Positions 53,408 through 63,289 of a stretch of 64,000 bases of DNA are shown here, in pieces; position 1 is the first letter of the stretch; the number at the start of each line of letters is the position of its first letter. The notes beneath the pieces are model-generated. The model made no database searches, had not been told where the DNA came from, and saw only the letters and a list, made by a program, of their open reading frames with translations. The position numbers and the translations under genes are program-made. The stretch spans positions 96,001 through 160,000 of IMG/VR virus record IMGVR_UViG_3300027914_001163. The stretch is one strand, 5' to 3'. This DNA is from a virus (lineage: Duplodnaviria; Caudoviricetes).

Positions 53408-54972
53408 TGAGAAACATATTTAGTTACTACCTTGAAGCCGATGGTCATGCAATCTATAGCCATTACTCTCAGAAGATGCCATATGACGTATTCAAGGAGA
53501 TAGTCAGCGCAGACCCAACATCCAAGAAGGCTGAGACCGGCGACGATATTAAGTACGTTGGCAACTATTCCAAATGGCTTCTGCAACTCTATATTAAAGG
53601 TTCTCTCAAAATTGAAGACCTTTATAAAGCCACTGAGTATCTTACCATCTTCAATAAAGCAAAAAACAAAATTGAAGACGTTAAACTTCGTGACATCAAT
53701 AAATACAAATCACTTCAAGATGTTTACGCTCTTATTCGTGAACGTGGCCTTGAGGAAGTCAAAGGTACTCGTGAAGTTAAACGGGAAAAGCAAGAAGTCA
53801 TCGAAAAGGGTGCTGGCGATGCTCAACTGTTTTATGAAGATAGCGATTGGAAAGTAGTCATTCCGAAATCCGAAGAAGCCTCGTGCTATTGGGGCAAACA
53901 CACTCAATGGTGTACTGCCGGTAGAGAACGCAATTACTTCAATCATTACAACGAACAAGGTCCGTTGTATATCCTGATCAACAAACATAATCCAGATGAT
54001 AAATATCAATTCCATTTTGAGAGCGGACAGTACATGGATAAACATGACAGCCCGATCAATCTCATTGAGTTCTTTGAAGGAAAAGAGAACCTGGCCAATG
54101 CTTTCCTTAAACTTCTCGTGCAGAAAGTTAAGAAAGCAAAATTGGAAGGAATCACAACAAAAGTAGACGACAACAGTATTACCATTACCACATCACTGGA
54201 AACGTTGGCTGAGAATTTCCAGACAAATCGTGACCGTGACGCTGTATCATCGAAATGGATTAAGGATTTCCTGGACGGAGATAACAGGATTGAATACATT
54301 GATTATCATCCTGATATTGAAGATTTCAAAACTGAAATTGGGCCAGAATCATACAACAAGATTCGTGCCATTGCTTCTACCAGTAAAAAAGCGGCAGGAG
54401 TTGATCTTAATGACGAGGACGCTCTTCTCTCATTTATTGAAGAGAACATGCCTGATCTGAAACGTGCTATTCAGAACGCTCTTGTTCGTGCCGTTGAAGA
54501 TGCCGCCAATGATGAAGTTTACAAGGACATTGTTAAATCTGTAACCGGTGCTGGTTGGAAACAAAATAAAGATGGATCGTTTACAGCGGTTATGACCACA
54601 AAACAATACGGCATTGTACCTTATATTCTCATGGCAGAGGGAAGCAGCGGATTTGATTCTCTCTTCAGGGAAAGCGAAAATTATGGTACTGAGGCCATTT
54701 TTGATCTGAGGCTGACAGAACCTCGTAATGGTTGGAGCGGAGACTCAGAACCTTTCGTGGACGAAGCCTTATCGGATGTTTTGTCTGAATTCAAACCAAA
54801 GGTAACTGCTCCCAAAAAAGCAAAGGCAAGTGCGCCGGAGACAGAGGAAAAGCCGAAGCCACAAAAGAAATCGACAAAAAAGACAAAGGAAGAGCCTGAA
54901 GAACTTGGTTCAGTGGTTCACGCTGAAGATGCAACCGGAAGCCTTTTGGAGAAATATCTAAAAAGGAAATAG
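53407..54972 (+). CDS. large putative internal protein with WCT-motif domain
   Basis: MRNIFSYYLEA; ADPTS, EDLYKA, WCTA, KYQFHF. Confidence 0.75.
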   Translation: MRNIFSYYLEADGHAIYSHYSQKMPYDVFKEIVSADPTSKKAETGDDIKYVGNYSKWLLQLYIKGSLKIEDLYKATEYLTIFNKAKNKIEDVKLRDINKYKSLQDVYALIRERGLEEVKGTREVKREKQEVIEKGAGDAQLFYEDSDWKVVIPKSEEASCYWGKHTQWCTAGRERNYFNHYNEQGPLYILINKHNPDDKYQFHFESGQYMDKHDSPINLIEFFEGKENLANAFLKLLVQKVKKAKLEGITTKVDDNSITITTSLETLAENFQTNRDRDAVSSKWIKDFLDGDNRIEYIDYHPDIEDFKTEIGPESYNKIRAIASTSKKAAGVDLNDEDALLSFIEENMPDLKRAIQNALVRAVEDAANDEVYKDIVKSVTGAGWKQNKDGSFTAVMTTKQYGIVPYILMAEGSSGFDSLFRESENYGTEAIFDLRLTEPRNGWSGDSEPFVDEALSDVLSEFKPKVTAPKKAKASAPETEEKPKPQKKSTKKTKEEPEELGSVVHAEDATGSLLEKYLKRK

Positions 54973-54973
54973 T

Positions 54974-55207
54974 ATGAATGTATTCCAAGGGCATTACTTT
55001 GAAGCAAGTGATCATAGTAATGCCATTTTAAAAAGAAATAAAAAAATATTCTGGATCGGCGCAGTCAATTTACTCGATGGATACATTGAAGAAGTTTATA
55101 CATATGAGACAGCCAAGAACGCAGATTTTCATCATAGTTTTTACTTCAGCCAAAACGCTATAAGAAAAATTCGTGAAGAAGAATGGGGAATTTTTCTGGA
55201 TCGATAA
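54974..55207 (+). CDS. putative internal head protein
   Basis: MNVFQGHYFEA. Confidence 0.55.
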   Translation: MNVFQGHYFEASDHSNAILKRNKKIFWIGAVNLLDGYIEEVYTYETAKNADFHHSFYFSQNAIRKIREEEWGIFLDR

Positions 55208-55279
55208 TAAAAAGGTTGTCACATGGGATTTGGAAGTGACACCTGAAATAATCTCAAAAGTAAAAGAACAAATCAGCGT

Positions 55280-55999
55280 ATGATCGGATTACAATATTAT
55301 TTTGAAGCCAAGCATGATGTGCCAGAGCGTTTAGAAACCTGGAGCATACGTTCACACAATGCATATCTTTTTCATCATCAAGATCAATGGATGAAGATTC
55401 TCATGTCTTTAAGCAACGACTTTACAAATGCCGGAGCCATTGATGTACACTATGAAAAATATCAACCTGGCTCTGCAATACCAATACTTGTTTTCAAATC
55501 TCCGGTATCAATGCTCAGAAAACTTCAAACCATATTATTTAATCTTCTCAAAGAAACAGGATACAAACTTTATACTGATATATCATTCATCAATAAATAT
55601 TCTGGTAAACCATATTATGACTATACAAATGGTTTGCATGAAGAATTTTTAGAATCAGTTCATCAAGCATCATCTGAAAAAATAAAAAGATATTTTATAT
55701 ATGTTGTTGGCGGTTCAGAAAAGGATGCCGATAGTTATTCACATAAATCCTGGGAAAAGAGAATCATGTTTATGAAAGGAGTTATATTGAAGCGTGGAGG
55801 TCGTGCTGTATTCTCGGAAATGGCGCACCATCAAGTTGATAATAAATCAAAAGAACAATATCATAGAGGTTTCAATACTATAATATCTTTTAAAGCCCCA
55901 TATTCCGCTCTTGACACTATCAGAAAAAATATAATTCCAAAAGAAGATTATGACCATCCCATATGGGATTATTATAGTAAGGAGTTAGTTAGAAGATGA
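55280..55999 (+). CDS. two-unit putative internal protein
   Basis: MIGLQYYFEAKH plus internal EFLESVH. Confidence 0.7.
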   Translation: MIGLQYYFEAKHDVPERLETWSIRSHNAYLFHHQDQWMKILMSLSNDFTNAGAIDVHYEKYQPGSAIPILVFKSPVSMLRKLQTILFNLLKETGYKLYTDISFINKYSGKPYYDYTNGLHEEFLESVHQASSEKIKRYFIYVVGGSEKDADSYSHKSWEKRIMFMKGVILKRGGRAVFSEMAHHQVDNKSKEQYHRGFNTIISFKAPYSALDTIRKNIIPKEDYDHPIWDYYSKELVRR

Positions 56000-56271
56000 G
56001 TCTATTTAATTATTATCTTGAAAGCGTAAATTTTGACAAACTTAAAAAGAACAAAATTCCCTTGACCGATGAAGAAAGGTCAGAAGTCATGAAAGCAGAT
56101 GCCATATGGCATCATGGACCAAACGGCGAAAAAACACCAGCAGTTTGGAAATCAAAAAAAAGTGACGGTAGTATTGTATATATAACCAATACACACCGAG
56201 CCTGTGCCATTAAAGACACATTAAAAGGCGCAATCAATGCCTATCACAAAAGCATCAAAGGCACAGCATGA
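55996..56271 (+). CDS. putative internal head protein (CTS-like leader)
   Basis: MSLFNYYLESV. Confidence 0.7.
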   Translation: MSLFNYYLESVNFDKLKKNKIPLTDEERSEVMKADAIWHHGPNGEKTPAVWKSKKSDGSIVYITNTHRACAIKDTLKGAINAYHKSIKGTA

Positions 56272-56513
56272 GCCATTTTAAACAATATCTTAAAAAAGCC
56301 TATCTCGAAAGAGAATTGTTAGGTAATGTTATTCAAACCGGATTCAGACCAATTCAAAATCCTTTATCAATGGAAGATGTGTACAGCCGAGTTCGCATGG
56401 ATGCAAAAGAGTTCGTAAGAGCTGCTTTGGATCATAATTATTCAAAGGAAGAGATCATGAACTTTCTTAAAGAACATGGCATGACACAGGAAGCGATTGA
56501 TAAAATTGTTTAA
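56268..56513 (+). CDS. putative internal head protein
   Basis: MSHFKQYL..AYLE. Confidence 0.6.
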   Translation: MSHFKQYLKKAYLERELLGNVIQTGFRPIQNPLSMEDVYSRVRMDAKEFVRAALDHNYSKEEIMNFLKEHGMTQEAIDKIV

Positions 56514-56706
56514 TGAATGTTGATGACATCGCTGAAGAAAAATACTCCCTCTTAATAAAATTTGGAATAAAAACCGAAGATGCAGCGGATAGATACCTAC
56601 GTGCATCTGGTTTTGATGAAACCCTCATAATCAAAATCCTATCAAAGTTCGCTTGTAAAACAAAAAAATTATAACATTTTTCGACCTCTATTTAAAATAT
56701 AGAGGT

Positions 56707-57264
56707 ATGGAAGATCAAAAACCAATAGAAGTCCAAGATGTCGCACCGGTCGGACAAAACGCCCTTGCTCCTGATGAACAAGGTCCCGCCGACATGCCCA
56801 CGCCAATCGTGGAAGATAAAACTCCTCCCAAGACTTGCAAGGACAGATTGAAGCGTATTGCGCTTTGGTTCTTTCCTCCGAAAGCACCAACCGAAAATTT
56901 AATTCAATATCTGTTCCGCCAATTGTATTTTCCAGATTCCAGGGGGAGACCATCTATCACGGTCACTATTCTTATTTATGTTTTGGCTCTTGTGGGATGT
57001 GTCGCCTTTGTTGAATGCCACAATGCAATGATTATAGCCATTACGAAAATCACTGACGCTGCCGGTAAGACAACAATTACAACTGCGCCATATGGATTTT
57101 CAGTTACATTTCTTACAATGGTCATAGGACTTACCGCTTTAATTACTGGATGGTATCGCCAACGCCAGAGCAAGGCCGGGGAACCTGGAGAGAATGGAGA
57201 TATTAACGATTTCATATTTTCCAAGGTCAAAGAATACGTAACATCGTTGATAGGCAAGAAATAA
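56707..57264 (+). CDS. membrane protein, possible holin
   Basis: Two TM segments after GRPSIT; GAGGT RBS. Confidence 0.5.
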   Translation: MEDQKPIEVQDVAPVGQNALAPDEQGPADMPTPIVEDKTPPKTCKDRLKRIALWFFPPKAPTENLIQYLFRQLYFPDSRGRPSITVTILIYVLALVGCVAFVECHNAMIIAITKITDAAGKTTITTAPYGFSVTFLTMVIGLTALITGWYRQRQSKAGEPGENGDINDFIFSKVKEYVTSLIGKK

Positions 57265-57278
57265 AGAGAGAGGCATAT

Positions 57279-57896
57279 ATGACGGCGAAAGAGAATTTAC
57301 AGGCTATTACTACCGGAATCAGAAATTTCTTCACTGGATTGAGCGTTGAAAAAGTTCAATCTTTTTTTACAGGATGGCGCAAGGTCGTTTCTATTATTGT
57401 TGGAAGCGTCATAATCGCCGGTGGAATTTTCATGGCCGGTTACATTACCGGTTGCAAACGTGGTGAGGCTTCCTGCAAGGGAACAAAGAAACCAACCATC
57501 GAAGAAAAAGAAAAACCAAAGCCGAAAACAAAATATAAAGTAACTCCAATATCAAAAGCAAAACAATGCGGTGATGTGATTGATATGGATGTCAAACTCA
57601 AAAAAGATGATCTTGAAATTACCGGAAAAGATAAATGCAAAGAAACTACTCGGTATTATAAGATCAATATGTTCTGCCCAAATCCAAGACATATACTTCA
57701 GTTTCAGCCAGGAATATATTTAGCATACGTAAAAGCAAGCAACAATCTTTTTATTATGCCTGGTGGAACATTAACGTACATGCATAAATGGGGATATTTT
57801 GGATTCGGTATAGGCGGTACGTATTTTCAAAGCGTAATCAACACAGGACTGTATGGAGGCGGTGTATCATTAAGCTTCCAATTACAATTCCAATAA
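57279..57896 (+). CDS. membrane-anchored protein with C-terminal beta-strands (possibly spanin-like)
   Basis: N-terminal TM; Gly/aromatic strands GFGIGGTY..GVSLSFQLQF. Confidence 0.45.
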   Translation: MTAKENLQAITTGIRNFFTGLSVEKVQSFFTGWRKVVSIIVGSVIIAGGIFMAGYITGCKRGEASCKGTKKPTIEEKEKPKPKTKYKVTPISKAKQCGDVIDMDVKLKKDDLEITGKDKCKETTRYYKINMFCPNPRHILQFQPGIYLAYVKASNNLFIMPGGTLTYMHKWGYFGFGIGGTYFQSVINTGLYGGGVSLSFQLQFQ

Positions 57897-57924
57897 ACAG
57901 AAATAATATTTCAGGAGATCAAAG

Positions 57925-59127
57925 ATGAATTTTGAAACCATTCAAAAAATAAAGAACGCTGTCGAGGCGTATGCTAATGTTAAATTTTTCTCAATCATGG
58001 AAGGAAACAAACTCCTGATTCAGAACGAAAAAACTGACGCTATTTACGAAATAGGATATACCGAAGCCGATGGTGTATTTTCGTTTAATACAAAAGAAGC
58101 GAAACAAATTTCTGAAAAAAATGAAATTGTAACTCCTCTTGATGAAGTCAAACAGAACATTTCAAATCTCAGCAACGGCATCAAAGGAATTTTTGCTGAA
58201 GAAAACCTGGATGTGGCAGTTGCAAACCTGAAAGAGATTATCCGGACCCTGCCAATGCTCGATGAAAAAGTCCTGAATGAAGAACTCGATAGCCAACTGA
58301 AACCGGCTGAAGAAGAACCTAAATCTGAATTCTACAAAAAGTTTGAAACTCAGATGAAGAAATACGAAGAAGAAGTTAAAGAATTCGAATCCACATTTAA
58401 AATGTTCAACGAAGAAAACGACCTGATACCAGGTGAATTTGTAGAGAATTCCGAAATCAAAAAATCTCTTCAGCAAATGAGCGAAATGCACGAAGCGTTC
58501 AAAGCGAATGCTACAAAATATCATGATTTCAAAGAAGAAGTCTCTGCCCTCTTTGAAAGCAGTGAAATCGCTGATGAGTTTTTCAAAAAGGTTGATGTGA
58601 CTAAGAACCTTAAAGTTGGTATTACGAAAGCCCTGGTAGACCTCAAACAAATAAACGAAAACCTGAACATCAAAGACCTTTCAACGAAACTCATTGGAAT
58701 CTTTGAAAACGCTCTGGCTCCGGTTGATGGCGCAAAGGCTCCGGTTGTTTACAACCTCGCAGCGGACAATAAATACCGTCCTCGTTTCTTCAGGTTTAAA
58801 ATGGGAATATTCTCTCCTGAAGATGTTAAGATGATGATGAATGAAGTCAACGAAGCGTTCTCCAGGGTTGGAGATTACAACGACGAAGACATGATGTTTA
58901 TGTCGAACTGCAAAATGCAGTTGGAATACATGTACAACTCGCAACAAGTCAACGATCATCTCATCGCTGAGATGATCACAGAGTTCAATAAGAGATTCGC
59001 AAAAGATCACAAAGCCGAGTATGACGATGCCGAGAAGCAACTGTCGTTTAAAGACAGAGAGCAACAAAAACAAGGAAATGCGCAAGGTATGGCCGATTAT
59101 TCCGCTCCAAATCTTAATATGAAATAA
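57925..59127 (+). CDS. acidic coiled-coil protein, possible prohead core component
   Basis: 400 aa, Glu/Lys-rich, upstream of the prohead protease. Confidence 0.6.
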   Translation: MNFETIQKIKNAVEAYANVKFFSIMEGNKLLIQNEKTDAIYEIGYTEADGVFSFNTKEAKQISEKNEIVTPLDEVKQNISNLSNGIKGIFAEENLDVAVANLKEIIRTLPMLDEKVLNEELDSQLKPAEEEPKSEFYKKFETQMKKYEEEVKEFESTFKMFNEENDLIPGEFVENSEIKKSLQQMSEMHEAFKANATKYHDFKEEVSALFESSEIADEFFKKVDVTKNLKVGITKALVDLKQINENLNIKDLSTKLIGIFENALAPVDGAKAPVVYNLAADNKYRPRFFRFKMGIFSPEDVKMMMNEVNEAFSRVGDYNDEDMMFMSNCKMQLEYMYNSQQVNDHLIAEMITEFNKRFAKDHKAEYDDAEKQLSFKDREQQKQGNAQGMADYSAPNLNMK

Positions 59128-59137
59128 CAGGAATCTC

Positions 59138-59428
59138 ATGAAACTCAAATACACAGATGAACAAATTCAGAGAGCCGCAAAAGGTTTAAAGTGGTATAAA
59201 GAAGAAGAACAGAATGAAGAGCCTGAAAAAAAGGAAAAGCACTTCAAGACGTTTACCATTGGGGATGATAAGATCGATGTTGATATACTCCACGGATTTA
59301 TTTATATCAACGATGAGTTGGTTACGGCTGATACTGATATTCCTAAGAAGGTCATAAAAATTCTTCAAGAGATCATACCGAAAATTGCCAATGGCGATGA
59401 AAAACTTGAACACAAAGAGGAAGAATAA
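59138..59428 (+). CDS. hypothetical head-module protein
   Basis: Coupled to the protease gene. Confidence 0.65.
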   Translation: MKLKYTDEQIQRAAKGLKWYKEEEQNEEPEKKEKHFKTFTIGDDKIDVDILHGFIYINDELVTADTDIPKKVIKILQEIIPKIANGDEKLEHKEEE

Positions 59429-60105
59429 TGGACACAATTGTTTATAGACCGTATATATCAGAGGCTTGGGTATCAGAATCGTTTGGTTACACTGAAGCCA
59501 ATATCGAAATAAATGGCAAACCGTATCTTCAAATAATCCTGGAAGGAGAATTCCAAAGAGCAAGCAAGCCTAATAAAAACAATCGTATTTATACGGAAAC
59601 GCTCTTATCTCGTGAAACAGCCAAATTGCAAGAATCGATCAGGCGCAGGAATGGTCACCCAATGGGAATGGACCATCCGATGCCCAATCCAAACGATCCT
59701 CCACAATTACAACTTCAACAAATAAAACGTATTGGTCTGGAGAACGCTTGCGCCCTTACCAAAGTGTTGGAAATGAACAATGGCGTTGTCTATGGTAAGG
59801 CGGAGGTTTTAACCGGTGACGGTGGAACAGGTGATAAACTTGCTTCTATGGTTAGAAGGAAATTCAAACCGGCTGTATCGTCTCGTGGAGTAGGCGGCGA
59901 TCCAGTACATCAAAATGGATTCATGTATGTACCGGAAAGTTATAATATGGTTTGTTACGATTTCGTAACTGACCCTTCTACGCACAATGCAATTCTTGAA
60001 CAAGCCATCCAAGAAGAGGTTTATTTAATGGAACAGGCTACCAAATACGTCCGCACTCTTTGGGATGTCATGGTCGATTTTAACAACAAACACGGAATGA
60101 AATAA
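59428..60105 (+). CDS. prohead core protease (T4 gp21-like)
   Basis: LEGEFQ...NKNNRIY, GMDHP, VSSRGVG, YDFVTDPS. Confidence 0.92.
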   Translation: MDTIVYRPYISEAWVSESFGYTEANIEINGKPYLQIILEGEFQRASKPNKNNRIYTETLLSRETAKLQESIRRRNGHPMGMDHPMPNPNDPPQLQLQQIKRIGLENACALTKVLEMNNGVVYGKAEVLTGDGGTGDKLASMVRRKFKPAVSSRGVGGDPVHQNGFMYVPESYNMVCYDFVTDPSTHNAILEQAIQEEVYLMEQATKYVRTLWDVMVDFNNKHGMK

Positions 60106-60180
60106 ATACGTACAAAATTTTTTTTATAACTTTTTTAGACTACACCAAAATATACTTATAGAATTTCGGAGGCAATTATA

Positions 60181-61140
60181 ATGGATTTTCTCAAAATATT
60201 AGAAAACGTTCAACTGAGCGAAGATCAAATCAAGGCTCTTGATAAGTTTTTTACCGAATGGGTTGATAAGAAAACCAAAGAAATCGAAACAAAATACTTG
60301 GAGGAATCCAAAGGTGAGAGTGGAATCGATCCTGAAAAATATATCCTCCGAGAAGATGCTGAAAAGGCTTTTGAAAAATACGAAGAACATTGCGAAGCTG
60401 CCTTCGAAAAGTTCGAAGAAGATTGCGAAGCTGCTTTTGAAAAATACGAAGAGGATGCTGAAGCCGCTTTCAATCTCGGCGTAGAAGACCTTCAAAAAGA
60501 ATATACCGAGAACATGACGCAAGCCCTTCAGGAAGTCTACAGCGAAATTTCTGATCGTGTTAAAACTGAATTCATGGAAAGCAAGGAATACAAGACAATC
60601 GAAAAACTCAAAGAACTTGCCATTCCGCTTATTGATGACAGTTCCAACGATCTTATCGCCAAAATGAAAGCAATGAACGAAGAAAAAGAAAAAGTCGAAC
60701 AAGACAACAAGAAACTCTCCAAAGAAAACGCTATCAATGTTCTGTTGAAAGATATTCCGAAAGAATATGTCGAAACAGTTAAGAATTTTATAAGTGGTGG
60801 AAACACCGAAGAAGAAGTAATCGAACGCTTTAACTCCATCTGTGAAGTGCTCGAAACAAAGATTAAAGGCTCTGCTGTTAAACCGGTGAACGAAGAAAAG
60901 AAACCTGACATTGGAAACAAGTTCTCCAGGAAGAAAGAAACCACACCGGCTCCAACTGCTCCAGAAACTAAGCCTATTACTGAAGAAGCCGATAAAACCG
61001 CTACTCCAGAAGAAAAACCGGCTCCTTCTGTTGGATATGAAACATTGATAAGAAAGATGGAGAAAGAAGAGAATGAGATTAATGCGTTCACTGAGAGTGA
61101 AGCATCTATCATAGATAAGATTTTTGAAAAGAAAAAATAA
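60181..61140 (+). CDS. prohead core scaffold protein (T4 gp22-like)
   Basis: Acidic coiled coil between protease and capsid genes. Confidence 0.75.
   Translation: MDFLKILENVQLSEDQIKALDKFFTEWVDKKTKEIETKYLEESKGESGIDPEKYILREDAEKAFEKYEEHCEAAFEKFEEDCEAAFEKYEEDAEAAFNLGVEDLQKEYTENMTQALQEVYSEISDRVKTEFMESKEYKTIEKLKELAIPLIDDSSNDLIAKMKAMNEEKEKVEQDNKKLSKENAINVLLKDIPKEYVETVKNFISGGNTEEEVIERFNSICEVLETKIKGSAVKPVNEEKKPDIGNKFSRKKETTPAPTAPETKPITEEADKTATPEEKPAPSVGYETLIRKMEKEENEINAFTESEASIIDKIFEKKK
60352..60471 (+). repeat. 33-bp (11-aa) tandem repeat in the scaffold gene, about 3.6 units
   Basis: EDAEKAFEKYE / EHCEAAFEKFE / EDCEAAFEKYE / EDAEAAF. Confidence 0.8.
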
Positions 61141-61173
61141 TCCATTTAAAAAAGGATATGGAGGAATTATAAC

Positions 61174-62775
61174 ATGTTTTATAACGAAGCTTACGAAGAG
61201 CGTAAAAAACTCGAAGAAGCGTTGGTACAAAAATGGCACAAAGCTCTGGAAGTGAATAACATTTCCGATGAACATACCGCCAGGACAACGGCTATCATAC
61301 TTGAGAACTATCTTGAGCACCTTGAGGAAACTCCTCAACTGATAGCAGAAGACCAGATTCAAACCAGCGCATTTACCGGCGTGAACCTTGCTCTGCTCGG
61401 CCTTCTCGCTCGTGCTATCCCACAACTCATCGGTCTCGAACTCTGCGGTGTCCAGGCAATGCCGACCCCTCGTTCCCCGATCTTTACACTCCGTTGGTAC
61501 AAGTCTGACCATAAAGGTGCGACCGCTGCCAAAGAAGAAATGTGGGTAAGCCCCATTCCGGCTCAGTACCCTGTTGGTATCGATCCGTACTACACATCTC
61601 AACAAATTCGCAACGAAGCATGGACGGTCAGCGGTGACGATCCAACCACTCTCGTTTGGGCGAATAAAATCAACGCAAAAGGTCTGCGTCCACTCCTGTT
61701 CACAGGAACGATGTATGTCCGTTGCTTTGATGCCTCTGGAAACGTTCTGACAGTTGTTGCTTTTGCTGGCGACCTTAACTCGAACGGAACTTTTCCTATT
61801 ACCGGTACTCCTTCGGCTGCGTTCGGTGCAAACCAGAACATGAAGCTCGAACTCAATGGAACAACCGGGAACAAACAAATCCAGGCTTATGATACCAACG
61901 GTGCAACGGCCGCATCTCTGACTGATCTTACAGTCGGCGGAACATCTGTTGCTTCTGCGATCATAGATTACGAATACAAGGCTGAAGACGAAGGAAGCAT
62001 TCCTGAAATGACTTTCGAAATCACCCAAGATTACGTCGATCTGATCCGTAGGCAATTAAGAGGTAACTATACGCTGGATAGCGCATACGACCTCAAGAAG
62101 TTGCATGGCATCGACCTGGAATCGGCTATCATGGATATGATGAAGCAAGAACTCATGGCTGAAATAAACCGTGAAATTGTAAGCGACCTCAGACTCCTTG
62201 CGGCCATTACCAAGACCCTCGACTACAACCTTCTCCCTGCCGGAAATCCAGGAGTTGCCGGACAAGTATCGGTAAACGCTAACTGGAACGATGCGCAGAT
62301 CGCTCTCCTCGATGCAATCGAGAAAGTGTGCGCTGAAATCTGGATTTTGGGAAGGCGTGGATATGGTAACTTCGTGGTTGGTAACCCTTCCACTCTGTCT
62401 TTCCTTGACCGTGTTCCTGGCTTCGTCGGTTCCGGCGTTACTTATAACGGACGTGACCTGTCGTATGCTGGTTCCCTCGGTGGAAAGATAAAGTTCTACC
62501 AAGACCCACAGTACCCGAAGAACGAACTGCTGATCGGCTACAAAGGCAATTCGGCTATAGATAGCGGATATGTGTATTGCCCATATCTTCCTATCACAGC
62601 AACGCCGACTCTGCTTGATCCGATGACTGGTAACCCAAAGAAACTGTACTACACCAGGTACGGCAAAACTTTCCAAGATCGTGGAAACAACGGTATGCCA
62701 AAGAATCTGATCCTCATGGGCGAATATCAGTACGCTCGTCTGACGATAGCGAACATGCCTGTTCTTTTCAGGTAA
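61174..62775 (+). CDS. major capsid protein (T4 gp23-like)
   Basis: GVQAM..P, DLKKLHGIDLE, EINREI, GYKG...DSG.VYCPY.P, TRYG. Confidence 0.95.
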   Translation: MFYNEAYEERKKLEEALVQKWHKALEVNNISDEHTARTTAIILENYLEHLEETPQLIAEDQIQTSAFTGVNLALLGLLARAIPQLIGLELCGVQAMPTPRSPIFTLRWYKSDHKGATAAKEEMWVSPIPAQYPVGIDPYYTSQQIRNEAWTVSGDDPTTLVWANKINAKGLRPLLFTGTMYVRCFDASGNVLTVVAFAGDLNSNGTFPITGTPSAAFGANQNMKLELNGTTGNKQIQAYDTNGATAASLTDLTVGGTSVASAIIDYEYKAEDEGSIPEMTFEITQDYVDLIRRQLRGNYTLDSAYDLKKLHGIDLESAIMDMMKQELMAEINREIVSDLRLLAAITKTLDYNLLPAGNPGVAGQVSVNANWNDAQIALLDAIEKVCAEIWILGRRGYGNFVVGNPSTLSFLDRVPGFVGSGVTYNGRDLSYAGSLGGKIKFYQDPQYPKNELLIGYKGNSAIDSGYVYCPYLPITATPTLLDPMTGNPKKLYYTRYGKTFQDRGNNGMPKNLILMGEYQYARLTIANMPVLFR

Positions 62776-62798
62776 GTGATAGACTCTTTGAGACGCAG

Positions 62799-62829
62799 AA
62801 AGGGGGTCGCTTGGCGACCCCCTTTTTTT
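62799..62829 (+). terminator. rho-independent (probably bidirectional) terminator after the capsid gene
   Basis: AAAGGGGGTCGC-ttg-GCGACCCCCTTTTTTT. Confidence 0.9.
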
Positions 62830-62833
62830 ATGC

Positions 62834-63073
62834 TTAAATCCCTTTTTCGTTCATGATGTAGTTTATAGCACGGAGCGAATCAAACGATTGCCGGTGAACA
62901 ACTTGGTACATGTATTTTTTGCTGTATCCAAGGTGCTCCGCAAGAGATTCCATTCCTCCGTTTTTGTGGGCTTTCTCCAGAATGTTTCTGGTGTAGTAAT
63001 CTTTCAGAACATCAATGATCATCTCAGCCTGATTAAAATTACTAATAGAAAGCCGTTTTACTTTTTCCGTCAT
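62834..63073 (-). CDS. small HTH-like protein
   Basis: GGMESLAEHLGYSKKYMYQ. Confidence 0.55.
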   Translation of the reverse strand: MTEKVKRLSISNFNQAEMIIDVLKDYYTRNILEKAHKNGGMESLAEHLGYSKKYMYQVVHRQSFDSLRAINYIMNEKGI

Positions 63074-63264
63074 AGCGGAAATCCTCCGTATCGGACATCG
63101 AGTTTTTGTTTAAGAGCCTTCTTTTCCTTCCGTGAACGCCCAATCGCAAGGCCGATGTGCCATCCCTTGAAAATATGCCGGATATACACACGCTTGCATT
63201 CATCCTGAACTGATTCACGAAATCCCATTTTAATCAAGAGTCTTTCATACCATTTTATCATCAC
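63070..63264 (-). CDS. hypothetical protein
   Basis: AAGGAG RBS; first gene after promoter copy 3. Confidence 0.6.
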   Translation of the reverse strand: MMIKWYERLLIKMGFRESVQDECKRVYIRHIFKGWHIGLAIGRSRKEKKALKQKLDVRYGGFPL

Positions 63265-63289
63265 TTTTCTCCTTTAGTGTGTTACCTTT

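Noticed and set aside
60199-62676. Long antisense ORFs (618, 202 and 206 aa) over the scaffold and capsid genes
   Set aside because: Shadow frames produced by codon bias in highly expressed genes; Phe-rich, with no motifs.
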